Origin: Phyllobates terribilis
Taxonomy: Eukaryota
Reading direction: 5' to 3'
Length of the DNA: 64,000 nucleotides
Assembly: GCF_046119375.1 (NCBI RefSeq)
Contig: NW_027362763.1
Coordinates: forward strand, 322,896,001-322,960,000
Shown here: positions 59,352 through 64,000 of the stretch, in pieces
Position numbering within the stretch: the first letter of the stretch is position 1
Layout: every line of letters begins with the position of its first letter
Made by a program: the position numbers and the translations under genes
The notes under the pieces: model-generated
The model's database searches: none
Told to the model about the DNA's origin: nothing
What the model saw: only the letters and a program-made list of their open reading frames with translations

Positions 59352-59778
59352 TGACTAAACTTTAAGTTTTGTTTTATAACATGGAAAATTATGAAACTTT
59401 GTAAATCACTTTATTAAGGAATTTGTCTTCATATCTGTAAAAATAAAAAAAATAATGTAAGTATCTATCAAGCCCCTGCTTTTCCTCAGCATATTTGCCT
59501 GTCTTGGGAGTACTGAGTGCTGATGCTGGCAGTGAAGTGTTCAGCTCCTGTGTCTATTTCTGAGAGCTTTTCAGAGCAGCAGCAGAATACTTAGAGGAAG
59601 ATACAGGCCCTTTCACTGCCAGCATCAGTTCTCCAGTACTCCCAAAATTGGCAAATAGAATGGGAAAAAGTTGGGATTTAGAAAACAATTGCATGTATTT
59701 TTTACATAAATGAGGACAAAATCCCCTAATAAAGTGATTTGCAACGTTTCATAATTAAAACATAATGAAAGTTTAGTT
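59352..59778. mobile_element. Palindromic MITE (T2-like), degenerate
   Basis: Arms such as TAAATCACTTTATTA / TAATAAAGTGATTTG and CTGATGCTGGCAGTGAA / TTCACTGCCAGCATCAG. Confidence 0.6.
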
Positions 59779-60145
59779 ATTTTTTAATGGGCATATTTTG
59801 GAATTGTTTTCTTGTGCAGACCATGCTTTGTAGGCTCGGAATTGTTTTTAGCAGCGTTAATGAATAATGAGATCTAGCAAACATCAAAACAACCGCTGGA
59901 TCACGATGCTAAAATATAAAATTGTAAGTTTCTAGAATAGCATGATATTTTTTTTATTCAGCTGTGTGTCTGATTCTATTAAGACTTCATTCACACTTGT
60001 GGGTCTGATCAGTATTTTAGCCATAATATCTTTTATAGGGCCTAACTCAAAAATGCAAATAACATTTCATTGAGTCTTAAATAATCCATTAAGGTACATT
60101 TTATACATGAAGGCATAATGTTATAGCAGGATGATGACATATTAC

Positions 60146-60414
60146 CTGGTCAGATACACCTTCTCCATAACGAAGCAGTGTGACAAAATGTTCACAGTTA
60201 TTTCCCAGAAGGTCGTAACATATTTCTTGTCCAATAAGAATCTCTGCCCGCTGGATGATTTCTTCTGCTGGCAGTGGAGTGTACTTATCATCATACTTAT
60301 TGTTCACTTTGTAAGTGTCGTCTCCCACAACATCTTTGAGGAGCTGCATCTTTACAAGAGCCTTTCTGCTGAAGACAGACTTTGCGCTTGAAAATGAAGC
60401 AACTGTGTTTTCTT
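60146..60414 (-). CDS. PLAAT1: PLAAT1/HRASLS internal coding exon (LRAT/NlpC-P60 domain with catalytic Cys)
   Basis: ttgacAG|AA acceptor (phase 1) and CAG|GTAATA donor (phase 0). Translates ..[36 protein letters not shown]...[19 protein letters not shown], very close to the recalled human PLAAT1 sequence. Confidence 0.96.
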
Positions 60415-60936
60415 CTGTCAATGTAAGATTGAGCAAAATTTGAGGGTTAAAGAAGGTTACGGGTAAAAATATTAGTAACACTGTTGATTGTTAGATGATG
60501 GATGCTTATTACTTCATCTGTCATAAGAGTGGAAGTCTATGAGAATTAAAATTGTAACTTTTGAATTTGGCATATAGAATATAACATAAGAATACTATGT
60601 TGTTGAAATATTGGAACATCAATGGGGCTTGGATCAGTTCCTTGTCTGTTTGTTGACCCCTAAGATGAGACATCAAAAAAGGTACTATTGTTTTTTTCAT
60701 TGTCTTGTCTCCCACTAATAGTGTAAATAGCCAGTTGATTTTAAAATAATTTAGATGGTTTGTGATTCTTATATGTATTGGATGAAAAAAAAAATAGGAT
60801 CATAAGATGTAGCTGCATTCCTTCAATTACTGATTAGGTGTATATATTTGCTATATGATGAGTTACATATACCTCACATGATTTTGCTGTATTATACCAC
60901 AACAATCAGTACATATTCACCAATTGGCAGTCATTA

Positions 60937-62237
60937 TGTGACGCCTCTTCTCGGAAGCACTTTTATCTTACCCTGGGTGATGGGGGACTCGGAGTCGGGT
61001 CCTGTGATGAAGAGATGGGGTGCAGCCGTGGCCCGGACCCGACCCGTGCTCAGGGCCGTCACATTAAAAAGGATGGTGTGGGCTTGTCCGGGTTGAGTGG
61101 CTGATTAACGACTACGTCACCTGTGGCACCTGGTGAAGGCCACCAGCGCCGCTGCAGTCCGCTGAGGCATGGTGTTATGGCGGCCAAAGTTATTACTACT
61201 CACCACAGGCGGAGCAAGGCCTCAGGGGAGAGGGACAGGATGGAGGGGGCAGGAGTAGAGGAGAACGGGCACCGCGTCGTGCGGTGTAGCGCAGAATAAA
61301 CAGTCTGGAGGCTATAGGGGTGAACTTCCAAGGCTTTACTCACTTTAGAGATGGCAGAGGGAAGGCGACTCCCTGCTCCCCACGGAGTCCTGTGGTCACC
61401 AGGGATGGGGGTCCGACAACCTCCGAGTAAGTCCAGCATTCAGTCGGGACCCTACACCAGAGTGTTCCTGAACTACAGACCGAATCCTTTCCTGTTCGTG
61501 TGTGTGCAAATAGGCCGAGACTCCCTCTGAGCTCCTCTCAGAACAAGGGCACGGGTGGCAGCTCCGCTCCGTCCGATACCCGGTGGGATCCTCTGGGCCT
61601 ACCGGGCTTTCCCGACCAGGACATGGAGTAGCAAGGTCGAGTGTCGGGGGCCGGTACCCCTCTTGCAGCCGGACTCCCTCTGAATATATCAGCATGGCGA
61701 GGACAGGTGGCATACACTGCTCCGTCTGCATCCTGCCTGGGATCCATTTGCTATGGAGCCACACTCTTAAGCTCCAGGCCTTCTTGGTCCTGGTCCTTGG
61801 CCGGGTTGAGACATTCCTGGTCTACAACCTGCCTCTCATCCCAAGGCCGGGGTACGAGGGCCGCGTCTCCCTGCCCTGCAGGTCCACACAGGATCCACGT
61901 TCAGGGAGGGAGATCACAGTAACACACAGTATTTGACAGCACAAAGACCAAGACCAAAGATGGCTTTTTATTAAATATGAAATTTAAAGTGTAACTAACT
62001 TGTAGGTCCTCCACCCTCACCCACTAACTGGTTCCCCTAACTCTTGGTTCCCCAGTCTCCCTGTAACCAGGGGAGCAGCACCTGGTGCATATTAGCTCCC
62101 TCTGGTGGAGAAATGTGGTGTTGGATGCAAAGGTTGGGTCACGACTATCACACTATTCTTACCTCAGACGAGGAACACTACACTCCATTAAAGAAATGCA
62201 GCATCCCTGTGGCGGTCGAACCCTCAAGGGCTCCACA
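60937..62237 (-). mobile_element. Solo LTR (gypsy-type), 1301 bp
   Basis: TGTGACGCC...CTCCACA with an exact 4-bp TSD ATTA. Orientation is inferred from similar layout to the LTRs at 36401 (minus-strand AGTAAA, CCACA end). Confidence 0.75.
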
Positions 62238-62339
62238 ATTAAATAGTTTGTTAACACAAGCAGACCGTGCTACGCTATTTACACAATTAGTATTTGGACC
62301 ATATAATAATTTTTCTGCATCTATTTGTACTCCAAACTG

Positions 62340-63590
62340 TATAAACTTATTGGATGAAACAGATCAGGTGATGTGTATTTGTGTAATGAGGAAGGATGTG
62401 GCCTAAGGATATCAACGCCCTTTATCAAGTTGTACAAAATTAATACTCAGCTTGTTTTCCTCAGGCAAAATGGGCCAAAAAGATTTAACTGACTCAGAAA
62501 AGTCAAGGTTTTTTTAAATTATTACAGAACATTTCAGCACTCTTAGAATTGCTAAGACACTGAAGAGTGATTACAAAACCATCAAAAGTTGTGTTGCAAA
62601 TAATCAACAGGCTCGCAAAAAAACGTATTGAGAAAAAAGACGCACATTAACTGCCAAAGATTTGAGAAGAATCAAACGTAAAGCAACCAGAAACCCATTA
62701 GACTCCAGTGCTGTCATATTCCAGAACTGCAACTTCCCTGGTGTGGTCAGAAGTGCAAGATGTTCAAGACACAGAAGGTGAAACATTAAGACAGGGGCCA
62801 AGAACTATCTAAAGACAAATTTGTCAAAGGTTTTATGGGCTGTTGAGATGAGAGAGACTTTGACAAACCAGATGGATGGACCCGTAGCTGGATTAATAAC
62901 AGGCATGGACCTCTACTTCAACTGAGACACCAGCAAGGTGGTGGTGGAGTATTGCAATAGGTTGGTATCATTAAAGAGGGTCTAGTTGCACCTTTTAGAT
63001 TAAAGATTTAGATTTAGGTTAAAGATGGACTCATAATAAACTCCCAATCCTAGTGCCAGTTTTTAGAATCACTTTTTTCAATCAATGGTACAGGAAAAAG
63101 TCAGCATTTTTCAAGAAAACATTATTATGCCGGACAATACACCATCAAATGCATTAAAGTCTCCACTGCTTGGCTGCCAGTAAAGGCCTTAAAGATGAAG
63201 GAATAATAACTTGGCCCCTTCCTCACCTGACCTAAACCCAAATGAGAAATTGTGAGCCCTTCTTAAATGGGAGATTTATGGTGAAGAAAGACAATACACC
63301 TTTCTGAACAGTGCCCAGGAGGCTGTGGTTGGTTCTTCCCAAGAAGTTGATCATCAACAGATTAAGAAAGTGACAGACTGCATGGATGGATGGATGGATG
63401 GATGGATCGATGAAAGGCTTACGACTGTTGTGGAAAAGAAGAGTTTTTTGAAATGTCAGAAATGTCAGAAATGTATTTTTGTAAATTTTTAGCTGTATGA
63501 TTATTATTCTCACGTTAATAGATGAAAATAAATAACAGAGATCGGAAAATTTACGTTTTTCATTTAGTTGCGTAATAATTCTATACACTA
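62340..63590 (+). mobile_element. Degenerate Tc1-like transposon of the DD37E (TRT-like) type
   Basis: ATG 62470 MGQK.DLTDSEKS; relics LRRIKRKATRNPLDSSAVIFQNCN, DGPDGW-like, DN..S...WP.SSPDLNP.E; many frameshifts. Ends are approximate and the spacer length is inferred across frameshifts. Confidence 0.75.
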
Positions 63591-63725
63591 AAGGTATGTG
63601 CACACAGTCCAGATTTACTGCTGTTTTGACGCTGCGTTCTTATGCAGCATCAAAACCACAGCGGCCTGATGTTATGGTAAAAGGCCTGAAGTTAAAGATG
63701 ACACATCTCCTTTGCATTTTAGGCA

Positions 63726-63778
<53 letters not shown>
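63726..63778. repeat. (TA)n microsatellite at a Tc1 insertion site
   Basis: About 25 TA units directly before the TIR. Confidence 0.95.
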
Positions 63779-63779
<1 letters not shown>

Positions 63780-64000
63780 TGCTCAAAAAATTAAAGGGAA
63801 CACTCAAATAACACATCCTAGATCTGAATGAATGAAATATTCTCATTGAATGCTTTGTTCTGTACAAAGTTGAATGTGCTGACAACAAAATTACACAAAA
63901 ATCATCAATGGAAATCAAATTTATTAACCAATGGAGGCCTGGATTTGGAGTCACCCCCAAACTTAAAGTGGAAAAACACACTACAGGCTGATCCAACATT
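63777..64000. mobile_element. Terminal part of another Tc1-like element running off the window
   Basis: TA-(T/C)ACTGCTCAAAAAATTAAAGGGAACACTCAAATAACACATCCTAGATCTG resembles a common fish/frog Tc1 TIR. Confidence 0.7.

Noticed and set aside
60415-64000. Search for the first PLAAT1 coding exon (PGDLIE...HWALY)
   Set aside because: Not found; it presumably lies beyond the window.

Overview
Vertebrate genomic DNA, most likely a frog: AT-rich host DNA packed with anuran-type CR1, Tc1/mariner, hAT, TTAA/TAA MITEs, Penelope-like and Ty3/gypsy elements. The species is an inference. The only host gene found is PLAAT1 (HRASLS), on the minus strand. Two coding exons are present: 60414-60146 (NCEHFV catalytic Cys) and the last exon 10379-10278. 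They are separated by a 49.8-kb intron that is almost all nested transposons. The intron holds three full-length LTR retrotransposons, all in the host-sense orientation and each with a different priming mode. (1) A Gmr1-like element with integrase before RT and a tRNA-Ala PBS. (2) An intact gypsy element with a tRNA-Ser PBS and a UUUAAAC -1 frameshift signal. (3) A near-identical-LTR chromovirus with a Tf1/sushi-type self-priming site and a frameshift pseudoknot. Downstream of the gene is a Penelope-like relic with ~510-bp inverted arms, a GIY-YIG tail, a TATA/hairpin array and a minimal hammerhead ribozyme. Two further foldbacks have decayed hammerhead-like cores nearby. I did not find a demonstrably new biological system; the most unusual signals are these RNA-level features. 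All divergence counts are by eye.
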